Source of the DNA: Chloroflexota bacterium
Lineage (GTDB): Bacteria; Chloroflexota; Chloroflexia; Chloroflexales; Herpetosiphonaceae
DNA: 64,000 nucleotides
Reading direction: 5' to 3'
Assembly: GCA_020161265.1 (NCBI GenBank)
Contig: JAIUOC010000003.1
Span: forward strand, 363,024-427,023
The position numbers were made by a program, and so were the translations under genes. Every line of letters begins with the position of its first letter. The stretch's first letter is position 1. The notes below the pieces were generated by a model. That model was not told the DNA's origin. It ran no database searches and saw only the letters and a program-made list of their open reading frames with translations. Shown in pieces: positions 28,895 through 38,662 of the stretch.

Positions 28895-29254
28895 ATGAGT
28901 GAACGTATCTTAGTTGTTGACGATAGCAAACTGGTTACCGATATTGTCAAAATGCGGCTGGAAATGTATGGCTATGCTGTCGATTTGGCCTACAGTGGCG
29001 AGGAAGCGCTGCAAAAAATCGGCGATCTCACGCCCGATTTGGTAGTGTTAGATGTGCAGATGCCTGGGATTGATGGCTATGAGGTTTGCCGTCAGTTACG
29101 CGCCAATCCCTTGTTTGAAGAGCTGCCAATTATCATGCTAACATCGATGGATGATAAACGGGCAGGCTTTGAAGCTGGAGTTGACGATTATCTCAACAAA
29201 GATCTCGATTTGCTCGATTTGCCTAATCGGGTCAAATTGTTGTTGGGTATGTAA
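28895..29254 (+). CDS. cheY: CheY-like single-domain response regulator
   Basis: ILVVDDS...LVVLDVQMPGIDG...LTSMDDK. Confidence 0.85.
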   Translation: MSERILVVDDSKLVTDIVKMRLEMYGYAVDLAYSGEEALQKIGDLTPDLVVLDVQMPGIDGYEVCRQLRANPLFEELPIIMLTSMDDKRAGFEAGVDDYLNKDLDLLDLPNRVKLLLGM

Positions 29255-30336
29255 TGATGACAGGGCCGCTTGCACCAATTCGAGTGTTGGTTGTTGATGA
29301 TTCGGCGGTTTCGCGCCGAGTCATCAGCACTATTTTAGCCAATGATCCCGCGATTCAAGTGGTTGGCGAGGCCCGTGATGGCCGTGAGGCGGTGCAATTG
29401 GTGGCAGCGTTGCAACCCGATATTATCACAATGGATGTGCGCATGCCGGTGATGGATGGTTTGCAGGCCACCGAAGAAATTATGGCCTATCATCCTACGC
29501 CGATTTTGGTGATCACCTCATCGCTGACCCGCCATGATCGTAATTTAACCTTTCAAATGCTCAACGCCGGAGCTTTGGAAGTTTGGGAGAAACCAACCGA
29601 CCTGACCCTAGCTCAAGGCGAAGCTAATCGGATGCGGCTGTTGGAGCGGGTCAAGGTGCTTTCACGAGTTAAAGTGTTGACCCATTTGCGCGGGCGACGG
29701 CGCAAATCGCCAACGACCGAAACCAACATTCCCTTATTATTGGCCTCGGCTAGCCCGCCAAGCCAACGCTGGCTGATTGTGGTTGGGGCTTCGACTGGCG
29801 GCCCACGAGTGTTATACAAACTCCTGCATAGCCTGCCTGCGAGCATCCCCGCAAGCATTATCATTGTGCAGCACATCGCCGAGGGATTTGTTGGTACAAT
29901 GGTAGACTGGTTGGACAATCATTCGCCCTTGACGGTGGAATTGGCGCAACACCGGGGTAGTTTGAAAAATGGCCATGTCTATGTTGCGCCCGATACCCAT
30001 CACTTGCGGGTTGATGCCAACTGGACGGTACATTTGGAAACTGAACCCGATAATTTGCTCTATCCATCAGTCGATGTGACTATGCAATCAGCTGCCAAAG
30101 TGTTGCCGAAACAGACGATCGGGGTGTTATTGACTGGTATGGGTCGCGATGGAGCGCAAGGTTTGTTGGCTTTACGCCGCTCTGGCGCTCGCACGATCGC
30201 CCAAGATCGAGCCACTAGCGCGATTTGGGGCATGCCACGGGCGGCAGAGGAAGCTGGGGCTGCCATGGAATTTTTAGCTGCTGATCTGATTGCGCCGCGT
30301 TTGGTGGCGTTGCTCAGCGAAACTGAACGTCGATGA
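29254..30336 (+). CDS. cheB: CheB protein-glutamate methylesterase (REC + CheB_methylest)
   Basis: Its start overlaps the cheY stop (TAATG). REC domain plus esterase motifs GASTGGP, HIAEGF and GMGRDGA. Confidence 0.9.
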   Translation: MMTGPLAPIRVLVVDDSAVSRRVISTILANDPAIQVVGEARDGREAVQLVAALQPDIITMDVRMPVMDGLQATEEIMAYHPTPILVITSSLTRHDRNLTFQMLNAGALEVWEKPTDLTLAQGEANRMRLLERVKVLSRVKVLTHLRGRRRKSPTTETNIPLLLASASPPSQRWLIVVGASTGGPRVLYKLLHSLPASIPASIIIVQHIAEGFVGTMVDWLDNHSPLTVELAQHRGSLKNGHVYVAPDTHHLRVDANWTVHLETEPDNLLYPSVDVTMQSAAKVLPKQTIGVLLTGMGRDGAQGLLALRRSGARTIAQDRATSAIWGMPRAAEEAGAAMEFLAADLIAPRLVALLSETERR

Positions 30337-31793
30337 GCGAGTTGAGCACTGAACAATGGATGATCATCCGCGATTATCTAGCTCAACGGGCTGGCTTATA
30401 TCTCGATGATAGCCGCATGCGCCAAGGCCGCATGCTCGTTCAGGAGCGTTATCGGCAATTACAAATTAGCCCCGCTGCCTATACATTGCGAATTCAAGAC
30501 CCCACCAATGGCGGCGAGTTGCAATGGTTGGCTGAACGCTTGGCTAACCATGAAACCCAATTTTTTCGCAACCCTGCCCATTTTCGGGCCTTACGTGAGC
30601 ATATTCTGCCTGAATTGCAGCGTTCGCGCTCGCCGTTGCGGCCATTGCGCTGTTGGAGTGCTGGTTGCTCAACTGGCGAGGAACCCTATAGCATGGCCAT
30701 GGTTGCCTTGCAACAATGGGGCAATCCGCCGAGCCGCCCGATTTCGATTTGGGCTACCGATTTGAGCAATGTGCCGTTGGAGCGAGCGATTGCCGCCGAG
30801 TATCGTGGTCGTTCGCTAACGAATGTGCAAGCCGACTACAGACAATGGTTTGAACCGCAATCCAACGGAGCGTTGCGTGTCAGCGAAGCCGTGCGATCCT
30901 TGGTACAATTTGAACAGCACAATTTGCTTGATGCCCTGCCACATTGGGCCTATCAACTTGATGTGGTATTTTGCCAGAATGTCACGATCTATTTTCAGCT
31001 GGAAACATGTCGCCAATTGATCGAACGGATTTATGCGGCGATGGCGGTTGGTGGCTATCTGCTCTTGGGCTTTTCCGAGTCGCTGTGGGGCATTTTTGAT
31101 CGCTTTGAAACGGTCGAGGTGGCTGGGGCGTTTATCTATCGCAAAGGCGATGGTCAACCTAAACCACGCCCCAACTTGAGCGAACGACCAATCACCAAGC
31201 CGCTGAATAAGCCAGCCGAGCCAATACCAGCGCGGCCACGCCCAAGTACGCGGCCATTAGCGCCAGCTAGCCCAAGCAAGCCGCCCGATGTGACGAGTTT
31301 GTTGGATGAAGCGCGGAAATTGCGTGGCCAAGGCCAGCAGCGACGTGGATTAAGCCTGTTGGCGAGTATTGCGCCCAACCAGCGCCAGCCAGCAATTTTG
31401 GCTTTAGCCGCGCAATTGCACGCCGATCTTGGGCAGCATGAGCAAGCGGCGGCTGAGGCGCGGCGGGCATTAGAGCTTGATGTGCTGCAAGATGCTGCCT
31501 ATGTCGTGCTGGGCATGATCGAACTTAACCAAGGCGCATGGGATAAAGCGATTAATTATCTTGAGCGAGCCAGCTATTTAGTGCCCGATTCGCCGACGAT
31601 TGCCTTTCATTTAGCTGAGAGCTATCGCCATCAAGGGCGAGCAACCGCCGCTTTACGTTATTATCAACATGCCTTGCGCAAATTGGCCCAACATTCAAGT
31701 AGCACGGTTATTGATGGAATTGCCGTGGGGTGGCTGCGTTCTGCTTGTGAACGCTGGATTGGCGGCTTAGAAGCCAGCCAAGGAACATTCTAA
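30333..31793 (+). CDS. cheR: CheR methyltransferase with C-terminal TPR repeats
   Basis: ATGA overlap with cheB. SAM-binding CWSAGCSTGEEPYSMAM. A Pro-rich linker, then TPR repeats. Confidence 0.85.
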   Translation: MSELSTEQWMIIRDYLAQRAGLYLDDSRMRQGRMLVQERYRQLQISPAAYTLRIQDPTNGGELQWLAERLANHETQFFRNPAHFRALREHILPELQRSRSPLRPLRCWSAGCSTGEEPYSMAMVALQQWGNPPSRPISIWATDLSNVPLERAIAAEYRGRSLTNVQADYRQWFEPQSNGALRVSEAVRSLVQFEQHNLLDALPHWAYQLDVVFCQNVTIYFQLETCRQLIERIYAAMAVGGYLLLGFSESLWGIFDRFETVEVAGAFIYRKGDGQPKPRPNLSERPITKPLNKPAEPIPARPRPSTRPLAPASPSKPPDVTSLLDEARKLRGQGQQRRGLSLLASIAPNQRQPAILALAAQLHADLGQHEQAAAEARRALELDVLQDAAYVVLGMIELNQGAWDKAINYLERASYLVPDSPTIAFHLAESYRHQGRATAALRYYQHALRKLAQHSSSTVIDGIAVGWLRSACERWIGGLEASQGTF

Positions 31794-31797
31794 AACT

Positions 31798-32892
31798 ATG
31801 CAAAAAGCACAATCAGCAATCTATAGTTCACTGCTCAGTCACCGCGCCCAAGGTCGTGTGGCGGTTCCGCTTGAGCCACCAGTGCCAACCCCGCCCGCAG
31901 CGCCTGAACCCGACCAACGCCAAGCTGAGCTGGAACAAGATTTGCAATTGGCGCGAGATTTGCAACAGGGCTTGATGCTCGAAACCGTGCCGCGCCTGCC
32001 TGGCTGGGAAATGAGCGCGGTCTCATTGCCAGCGCGTGAGCTTGGTGGCGACCTCTATGATTTTCTGGCGGTCAACGGCTCGCAGGGAATTATGATTGGC
32101 GATGTGAGCGGCAAAGGCTTGCCTGCGGCCTTGCGGATGGCAGTAGCACGAACCGTGTTTCGGGCTGAAGTGCGACGCGGCCAATCGCCAGGCCAAACCT
32201 TGGCAGCGGTGAATAATATTTTGATCGAAGAAATGCCCCAAGGCATGGTTACGATGCTCTATGCATTAATCGACCCGCAAACAGGCATGATGCACTTGGC
32301 CAATGCTGGTCACAATTATCTGATTGTGATCAATAATCAAGTGATTGAAATCGAAACGTCAGGTGTGCCACTTGGGGTTATGGAAATTGATTGTTATAGT
32401 GAATCCATCTTACAACTGAACTATGGCGATTCAGTCATGTTGTACACTGATGGTATTGTTGAAGCGACCAACGAACACCAAGTATTGTATGGCTACCCGC
32501 GTTTTCAAAGCCTGTTACAAGCAGTTGGCCATCTCAAGCCACGCGCCTTGATGGCCCGCGTGCTGAGCGAAGTTCGCGCCTGGACTCAAGGCCAGCTTAA
32601 ACACGATGATGTGACGATGGTGCTGGTACGGCGGCGCTTGGCAAATTTGCTTGATGAAATGCATAGCATTGTGGCCGATGTGGTTGGGCCAATCACTGCT
32701 GACGAGTGGTGGCAAGCCTTGAACTTGGTTGGCACAACCCGCACGCCCGACCAATGTCTAGAGTTATTGCGCCCACTGAATGAAATGGTATCCAGCCAAT
32801 TTGGCCGTGGGATTGCCCGTGAACTCCAAGCGCAATTGCGCCCAGTGATCGAAGAATATCGCTTGCTCCAATCCACCAAAGGATCGTCCTAA
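31798..32892 (+). CDS. PP2C-family (SpoIIE/RsbU-like) serine phosphatase
   Basis: GGDLYDF...IGDVSGKGLPAALRMA...YTDGIVEA...DDVT, the SpoIIE/PP2C metal-binding motifs. Confidence 0.8.
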   Translation: MQKAQSAIYSSLLSHRAQGRVAVPLEPPVPTPPAAPEPDQRQAELEQDLQLARDLQQGLMLETVPRLPGWEMSAVSLPARELGGDLYDFLAVNGSQGIMIGDVSGKGLPAALRMAVARTVFRAEVRRGQSPGQTLAAVNNILIEEMPQGMVTMLYALIDPQTGMMHLANAGHNYLIVINNQVIEIETSGVPLGVMEIDCYSESILQLNYGDSVMLYTDGIVEATNEHQVLYGYPRFQSLLQAVGHLKPRALMARVLSEVRAWTQGQLKHDDVTMVLVRRRLANLLDEMHSIVADVVGPITADEWWQALNLVGTTRTPDQCLELLRPLNEMVSSQFGRGIARELQAQLRPVIEEYRLLQSTKGSS

Positions 32893-32902
32893 GGGAACTG
32901 TT

Positions 32903-34459
32903 ATGACTACCAATGTTGACACTTTGAATGTAATGCCGCTGGACCTCGATACCTTTGCTGGGAGCGAGCGTTTTATGGCTGGGACGCGCTTGGGTGCTGC
33001 GTTTGGGCGCGGGATCAAAGCCTATTTGGCCGCCAATTATCCTGATGCAATCGAGCATTTTAAAACTGCATTAATCGCTGCCTATGTTGAAGGCGATGAG
33101 AAATCGCAAATCTACGATCGCGAACGGGCGATTATCTATCTGTATATTGGTAATGCCTGTGCTTTTCAAGATGATTGGCCGACGGCTCAGCGCGAATATT
33201 TGGAATCGGTACAAACCGACCCGCAATTAGCCGAAGCCCACTACAATTTAGGTGTGGCTTTCGGCGCGATGCGCCAAATTGATCGGGCAATTGGCGCATT
33301 CAAGGAAGCGCTTGAGCATAATAATGGCTTGTACGAGGCCCATTTTGCGCTTGGTCGCGCTTATCAAATGCTCGATGATGCTGGCCGCGCCTATATTCAC
33401 TTTACTTCAGCTCGTGAATTGCGGCCTTATGCTGGCGAGCCTTTGTATTACATGGGTTTGATGCACCAAGCTCATGGTGCTCACGAATTGGCTCAGCGTT
33501 GTTTTGCCGAGGCGCTACGGGTTGAGCCAACCTTTATCTCGCCCAGCGTTGGCCCCGATGAAGTGCTGGTCAGCAAATCCGAGCAAGAGGTTGCCAATTG
33601 GTACTATCGTTTGAGTGACGACCTCAAAGCCCAAGGTTATGATGAAGATGCCAAGCGGATTTACGAGGCCTTGCTGAAATGGCGACCAACCGAGCATCGT
33701 GCCCGCTATTTGTTGGGCAATTTGTTGGCGCGGGCGCGGCGCTGGGAATTATCCTTGCAAGAATATGGCCGAATTCCACCGCAAGATCGCTACTATGTTG
33801 ATGCGCGGCTGCGGATCAGCGCAATTTTACGCTTTCAGGGCAAGCATCGTGAGGCCTATAACCATTTGTATAGCACCGCCAAGTTGCGGCCCAACGATGG
33901 TCAAGTGTTCTTACAAATGGGCAAGTTGCTCTATGATTTAGAGAAACATCATGCTGCGATGCGTGCTTTTGAACGCGCGGTCCAACTTTTGCCCAAAGAT
34001 CCCAATGCCTACTATTTATTGGGATTTATGTACACCGTGTTGGGGCATGAAAGTTGGGCACTAGCAGCCTGGCGTAAAGCGGTGGAGTTAGCGCCGCATG
34101 CGCATTCATTGCGCTACGATTTGGGTTATATGTACACCCGCCGCCGTCGCTACGATTTGGCTTCGCGTGAATTTAGCCATGTGCTGATGCATTGGCCCGA
34201 TGATATTGAAACCACCTTTATGCTGGGTACATGTTATAAAGAAATGTTAGAACCAGCCCAAGCCATACCATTATTTGAAAAAGTGCTGCGCCGCAACCCA
34301 CGCCATACTCAAGCACTCTACTATTTGGGGGCATGTTATCTCCAAGTTGGCAACAGTTCTTTGGGTAAGGCCTACCTGCGCCGCTATGAACATCTGATCA
34401 ACCAACAGGAACAATTACCACAAAAGGGCCGTGCAATGGCTCGTGGAGGTTCGCGATGA
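32903..34459 (+). CDS. TPR-repeat protein
   Basis: 518 aa of consecutive 34-residue TPR units (AHYNLGVAFGAMRQIDRAIGAFKEALEHNNG...). Confidence 0.75.
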   Translation: MTTNVDTLNVMPLDLDTFAGSERFMAGTRLGAAFGRGIKAYLAANYPDAIEHFKTALIAAYVEGDEKSQIYDRERAIIYLYIGNACAFQDDWPTAQREYLESVQTDPQLAEAHYNLGVAFGAMRQIDRAIGAFKEALEHNNGLYEAHFALGRAYQMLDDAGRAYIHFTSARELRPYAGEPLYYMGLMHQAHGAHELAQRCFAEALRVEPTFISPSVGPDEVLVSKSEQEVANWYYRLSDDLKAQGYDEDAKRIYEALLKWRPTEHRARYLLGNLLARARRWELSLQEYGRIPPQDRYYVDARLRISAILRFQGKHREAYNHLYSTAKLRPNDGQVFLQMGKLLYDLEKHHAAMRAFERAVQLLPKDPNAYYLLGFMYTVLGHESWALAAWRKAVELAPHAHSLRYDLGYMYTRRRRYDLASREFSHVLMHWPDDIETTFMLGTCYKEMLEPAQAIPLFEKVLRRNPRHTQALYYLGACYLQVGNSSLGKAYLRRYEHLINQQEQLPQKGRAMARGGSR

Positions 34460-34875
34460 ATCGGATTCACCTCAACATTCCATCGGATTTGGTCTTTGAG
34501 CGGGTTGTGCGAGCTAGTGCTGCCGAACTCGGTAGCACAATGGGCTTTCCACGTGAGCGCGTCGAAGATTTGAAACTGGCGGTGAGCGAAGCAGTAACCA
34601 ATGCTATCGAGCATGGTGGCGGCGGCGGTGTGGCTGGCTCGGTCGAAGTGATTTTCTCGTTGCATGCCGATCAGTTAGAAGTTGAAATTATTGATCATGG
34701 CAAAGGCATCGAGCATTTCAATACCGAACGGCGGGTGGTCGAGGAAGATAATCTCGAAGCGGGCATGCTGCGCGGTTTCGGCTCCTATCTCATCAGCGAG
34801 TTGGTTGATCAATACGAAGTGCAAAGCTCAGGCACAGGCACAAGTTTGCGCTTACGAATTTTCAAAGCGAAGTAG
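34456..34875 (+). CDS. RsbW/SpoIIAB-like anti-sigma-factor Ser kinase (GHKL ATPase, HATPase_c_2)
   Basis: ATGA overlap with the TPR gene. N-box EAVTNAIEHG, G1 DHGKGI, C-terminal GFGSYLI. 139 aa. Confidence 0.7.
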   Translation: MNRIHLNIPSDLVFERVVRASAAELGSTMGFPRERVEDLKLAVSEAVTNAIEHGGGGGVAGSVEVIFSLHADQLEVEIIDHGKGIEHFNTERRVVEEDNLEAGMLRGFGSYLISELVDQYEVQSSGTGTSLRLRIFKAK

Positions 34876-35075
34876 GGAGCAGGGGTCAGAATTCAGGGGT
34901 TAGGCTTCAGGAAACACGGCTATAGGCGCTAGGCTAGCGGAACAATTTGTGGAATGACAATGATCTCAAAAAGCCAAAAGCCTATAGCCGCTAGCCTATG
35001 GATTAAATGCCGATCCCTCGCCCCCGGCATTCCACTAGTCCCTGATCCCTCGCCCCTCGTCCCTAGCCCCCTAAG
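34876..35075. repeat. mosaic intergenic repeat R3
   Basis: gggagcaggggtcagaattcaggggttagg; ggctataggcgctaggctagcgg ... aaaagccaaaagcctatagccgctagcctatgg; ccgatccctcgcccc...ccctgatccctcgcccctcgtccctagcccc. Confidence 0.6.
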
Positions 35076-35099
35076 CCACCGTATAATGGAGAACATTGC

Positions 35100-36623
35100 A
35101 TGCAGCGCCGACGATGGATATTAATCGCAATCAGCCTGACGCTGCTTCTAGCGAGTGCTGGCTTGAGTTTAGCTCGCACAACTGGCCTGTTGGATGACCC
35201 GAATTGCACAACCAGCGATTGTACGTTTTTACCGTTGGCCTTGAAAAATTCTAGTGAAATTACGCCAATGCCAACAAATGCGGCAACCGCAACCAGTGTG
35301 ATGCTCTCGCCAACTGCAACATCGAGCACTACCCCAACCGCCGCGCCAACCGCAACCAGTACCTCAACTAATGTGCCAACTGCGACGAACACCGCAACCG
35401 ATGTGCCAACCGCGACGAACACACCAACTGCTGTACCAACCGCAACCAGTACGCCAACCGACGTGCCAACTGCGACCAATACACCAACTGATGTGCCAAC
35501 CGCGACCAACATACCAACTGATGTGCCAACCGTGACCAACACACCAACCCATACATCAACGCCAACGAGTACATCAACCCATACATCAACGCCGACCAGC
35601 ACGGCTACGGCAACCCCACGTCCACCAACCACCACCCCAACCACGATTGTGGGTACGGCGACCCCAACCACACCGCCCAACTTCACACGGATTGTTTGGT
35701 CTACGGCTGTGCCAACACCATTTAGCTATCCTTTTGCGGCGGTTGAAGCTCAAGGCGCAGTGGTTGGCGGCAAATTGTATGTCTTTGGTGGCTTCGGTCA
35801 GCCTGGTTTATCGGGCGATACACCCTCGCGCTTGTCGAACGTGTATGATCCAGTGGCCAATACCTGGACAGCGATTGCGCCCTTGGAGCGAGGTTTGACT
35901 CACGTTGGTACTGCCACCGATGGTCAAAAGATCTTCCTTGTTGGTGGCTATATTGAAGATTTTGATGGAGTTGGCCAGATTTTCGGCTCACGGGTTTCGC
36001 GCTATTACGACACCGCCACCAATACCTACACCAACTTGCCGGTGATTCCGATTCAACGGGCGGCGGGCCAGCTGTATTATCTTGATCGGAAGTTGCATTA
36101 TGTTGGTGGAACCTATTACAAACAGGTTGATGTTGGCACGCATTTTGTGCTCGATTTGAATGATTTGGCGACTGGTTGGGTGACCCAGACCAACCAACTA
36201 ACCTATGCCGAGTTGCCCAATCCACGTCAACATGCTGGTGGGGTGGTGCTTGATGGCAAACTCTACTATATTGGCGGTCAGCATGGCCACGATGGTAGTT
36301 TAACCGTCGATAACGATGTGCATCGCTATGATCCCGCTACGAATATGTGGGAACAAATGGCCGATATTCCGTTGGCCTTGAACCATATTAGCCATTCGAC
36401 CTTGGCGCTTGGCGGTAAAATTTTCGTCTTTGCTGGCCAAACCACCAACGGAACTAAACATAATACGATTTATGTGTATGATCCGGCCACGAATACTTGG
36501 GCACAAATGCCTAACAACTTGCCAGCAACCCGTTATTCAGGCATTATTGGCGAGATTAATGGCACGTTGTATTTCACGACTGGCGGCGGAACCAACAGCT
36601 ATCGTGGAATTCCCACACCATAG
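35100..36623 (+). CDS. secreted/surface protein with signal anchor, Thr/Pro-rich repeat linker and C-terminal Kelch (galactose-oxidase-like) beta-propeller
   Basis: N-terminal hydrophobic segment. ([10 protein letters not shown])n linker. Kelch signatures [50 protein letters not shown]. Confidence 0.75.
   Translation: MQRRRWILIAISLTLLLASAGLSLARTTGLLDDPNCTTSDCTFLPLALKNSSEITPMPTNAATATSVMLSPTATSSTTPTAAPTATSTSTNVPTATNTATDVPTATNTPTAVPTATSTPTDVPTATNTPTDVPTATNIPTDVPTVTNTPTHTSTPTSTSTHTSTPTSTATATPRPPTTTPTTIVGTATPTTPPNFTRIVWSTAVPTPFSYPFAAVEAQGAVVGGKLYVFGGFGQPGLSGDTPSRLSNVYDPVANTWTAIAPLERGLTHVGTATDGQKIFLVGGYIEDFDGVGQIFGSRVSRYYDTATNTYTNLPVIPIQRAAGQLYYLDRKLHYVGGTYYKQVDVGTHFVLDLNDLATGWVTQTNQLTYAELPNPRQHAGGVVLDGKLYYIGGQHGHDGSLTVDNDVHRYDPATNMWEQMADIPLALNHISHSTLALGGKIFVFAGQTTNGTKHNTIYVYDPATNTWAQMPNNLPATRYSGIIGEINGTLYFTTGGGTNSYRGIPTP
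35340..35601 (+). repeat. in-frame tandem repeat: about 7 x 30 bp (encoding [10 protein letters not shown]) followed by 2 x 27 bp (HTSTPTSTS)
   Basis: Direct reading: ccaactgatgtgccaaccgcgaccaacaca units with point variants. Confidence 0.8.
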
Positions 36624-36670
36624 CATTATTTTGCAGGGCGTTGGTCGCGTTTGGCGGCCAACGCAAAACT

Positions 36671-37726
36671 ATGAGTATCACGATCTATCCAATTCCGCGT
36701 TTGCTGGCAACCAACCCATATCTTGATTTGTTGTATGCGCCATTTGCTGCATGGCCTGATGTGCAGATTGCACGCCAGCCATTTGCTCAAACCTTGCGCC
36801 ATGGCTTGTTGCATGGCGGTCAGCGGGTGCTGCATTGGCACTTTTTTGATGAACTGACCCAGCAGCCCAGCCAAGCGGCAACTGCATTGCGTAGTATGAG
36901 CTTTATTGTGCTATTGCGTTTGCTGGCTTTGCGTGGAGCAAAATTGGTTTGGACGGCTCACAACTTGGAGCCACACGAATTGCGTTACCCCCAATGGGCG
37001 CAGCGTTGTTATCAGGCTATGGCGCAGGCGGCTGAGCAAATTATTGTACATTCGCAGGCCGCCGCCCAACTGCTCGATCAACGCTATCAGGTTGCCGCTA
37101 AAACCAACGTGATTGCCCATGGCTCGTATATCGGTGTCTATGGCGAAGCTTGGGATCAAGCGGCTGCCCGTGAGCAATTGCAACTAACGCCCAAAGGCTT
37201 TGTTGCGCTCAATCTTGGCACATTGCGTCCCTACAAAGGTGTGGAATTGTTGCTTGAGGCTTGGTCAGCCGAGCTTGGCCGCTTGCTGATTGTGGGTGCG
37301 GCCAAAGATCAACGCTATGCTGAGCAATTGCAACAACAGGCAACCAATCCTAGCATCACGCTACGGCCCCAGTTTATTGCCGATGCCCTTCTGCCTGCTT
37401 GGTTTGCCGCCTCCGATGTGGTCGTATTGCCCTATCGCAAAACCTTGACCTCAGGCATGTTGCTGGCAGCGCTTTCGTATGCCACGCCAGTGGTTGCGCC
37501 TGATTTGCCGCCAGTCCGCGAATTGATTCGCGATGGCGAGAATGGCTTTTTGTTTGAGGCCAACGATGTGGCTAGTTTACGCGCCGCTTTACACCGTGCC
37601 GCCGCCCATCCCGATCGACAAGCTTTGCGCCAAAATGCGCTCCAAACAGTTCAAGCGCTTGATTGGAGCCTGATTGCCAACCAAACTGCGGCAGTTTATC
37701 GCCGTTTATTCGAGAAACCCGCATGA
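36671..37726 (+). CDS. glycosyltransferase family 1 (GT4-like)
   Basis: Start MSITIYP. C-terminal GT1 motifs (VVLPYRKTLTSGMLLAALSYATPVVAPDLPPVRELIRDGENGFLFE). Confidence 0.8.
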   Translation: MSITIYPIPRLLATNPYLDLLYAPFAAWPDVQIARQPFAQTLRHGLLHGGQRVLHWHFFDELTQQPSQAATALRSMSFIVLLRLLALRGAKLVWTAHNLEPHELRYPQWAQRCYQAMAQAAEQIIVHSQAAAQLLDQRYQVAAKTNVIAHGSYIGVYGEAWDQAAAREQLQLTPKGFVALNLGTLRPYKGVELLLEAWSAELGRLLIVGAAKDQRYAEQLQQQATNPSITLRPQFIADALLPAWFAASDVVVLPYRKTLTSGMLLAALSYATPVVAPDLPPVRELIRDGENGFLFEANDVASLRAALHRAAAHPDRQALRQNALQTVQALDWSLIANQTAAVYRRLFEKPA

Positions 37727-38652
37727 TTCCAGGCCAAATTTCGATCATCATCGTGAGCTATAACAGCGCCGCACTATTGCCCGCTTGTTTTGCAAGCCTC
37801 GCCACGACCAACGACGACAATTATCAATTAATTGTGGTTGATAATGCTTCGAGCGATGGCTCTGCTGAGTTGGTACGTCAGCAGTATCCGCAGGTTCAGC
37901 TGATTGCCAATCAGCATAATCATGGCTTTGGTGCGGCATGTAATCAAGGTATGGCGGCGGCGACTGGCGAATATTTTTTATTTTTCAATCCCGATGTACA
38001 AATTACGCCCAATTGGCTGACACTCTTGCGCCAGCACCTAGCAGCCAATCCCCAAGCGGCAATTATTTGCCCAACCACCTTGTATCCCAATCAAGCGCCG
38101 CCAACCCGTCATGGTGTGGCGATCACGGCGGCTGTGCCAGGCTGTGCAATGCTTTTGCGGCGCAGCGCATGGCAAGCAATTGGCGGTTTTGACCCAGCTA
38201 TTTTCTTGTATTGGGAAGATACCGAGTTGTGTTGGCGGGCGTGGTTGTTGGGTTGGCAGGTGCTCGAAGATTTCGAGGCGCTGGTGGTACACGAGCGTGG
38301 TGGTAGCGGCGGCGGCCAGCGCTGGCTGGTCGAGAGCAGCAAGAATGGCTTGTATTGCTACCTGAAGTTGCGGCCTTGGTCGGCGGTTTTGGGCTATAGC
38401 CTGCGCATGCTGGCCAAAACGGCGATTGTAAGTTTGTGCCAGCGCAATCTGGCAATGCTGAATGTTTGGATTTGGCATATTCGTAATCTCAAGCAAACCC
38501 TCGCCACGCGCCGCAGCATTCAAGCCCAAATCAGCGCTGATCGCAGCGAAGTTGAGCGTTTGATCAAGCAGCATTTAGCGCGTGGCAAACGGGAACGCAA
38601 CGAAAATCAAAAGTCAAAAGGCAAAAGTCAGAAGGCAAAAGGCAAAAGTTAG
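37723..38652 (+). CDS. glycosyltransferase family 2, with a repeat-derived Lys-rich C-terminal tail
   Basis: ATGA overlap with GT1. IIIVSYNSAALL...VVDNASSDGS (GT2 DXD region). The last about 20 codons (RERNENQKSKGKSQKAKGKS) are encoded by a CAAAAG-type simple repeat. Confidence 0.8.
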   Translation: MIPGQISIIIVSYNSAALLPACFASLATTNDDNYQLIVVDNASSDGSAELVRQQYPQVQLIANQHNHGFGAACNQGMAAATGEYFLFFNPDVQITPNWLTLLRQHLAANPQAAIICPTTLYPNQAPPTRHGVAITAAVPGCAMLLRRSAWQAIGGFDPAIFLYWEDTELCWRAWLLGWQVLEDFEALVVHERGGSGGGQRWLVESSKNGLYCYLKLRPWSAVLGYSLRMLAKTAIVSLCQRNLAMLNVWIWHIRNLKQTLATRRSIQAQISADRSEVERLIKQHLARGKRERNENQKSKGKSQKAKGKS

Positions 38653-38662
38653 AAGGCAAAAG
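38603..38662. repeat. left arm of an inverted repeat pair (AAAATCAAAAGTCA...GAAGGCAAAAGG); partner at 39648-39677
   Basis: The reverse complement of 39648-39677 (ataaaatcaaaagtcagaaggcaaaaaaaa) matches this segment. Confidence 0.4.

Noticed and set aside
35063-35686. 207-codon minus-strand ORF ([12 protein letters not shown]...) and nested ORFs at 35364-35589
   Set aside because: This is antisense translation of the 30-bp Thr/Pro tandem repeat inside the Kelch-protein gene. It is low-complexity, with no start context, and is an artefact of repeat periodicity.
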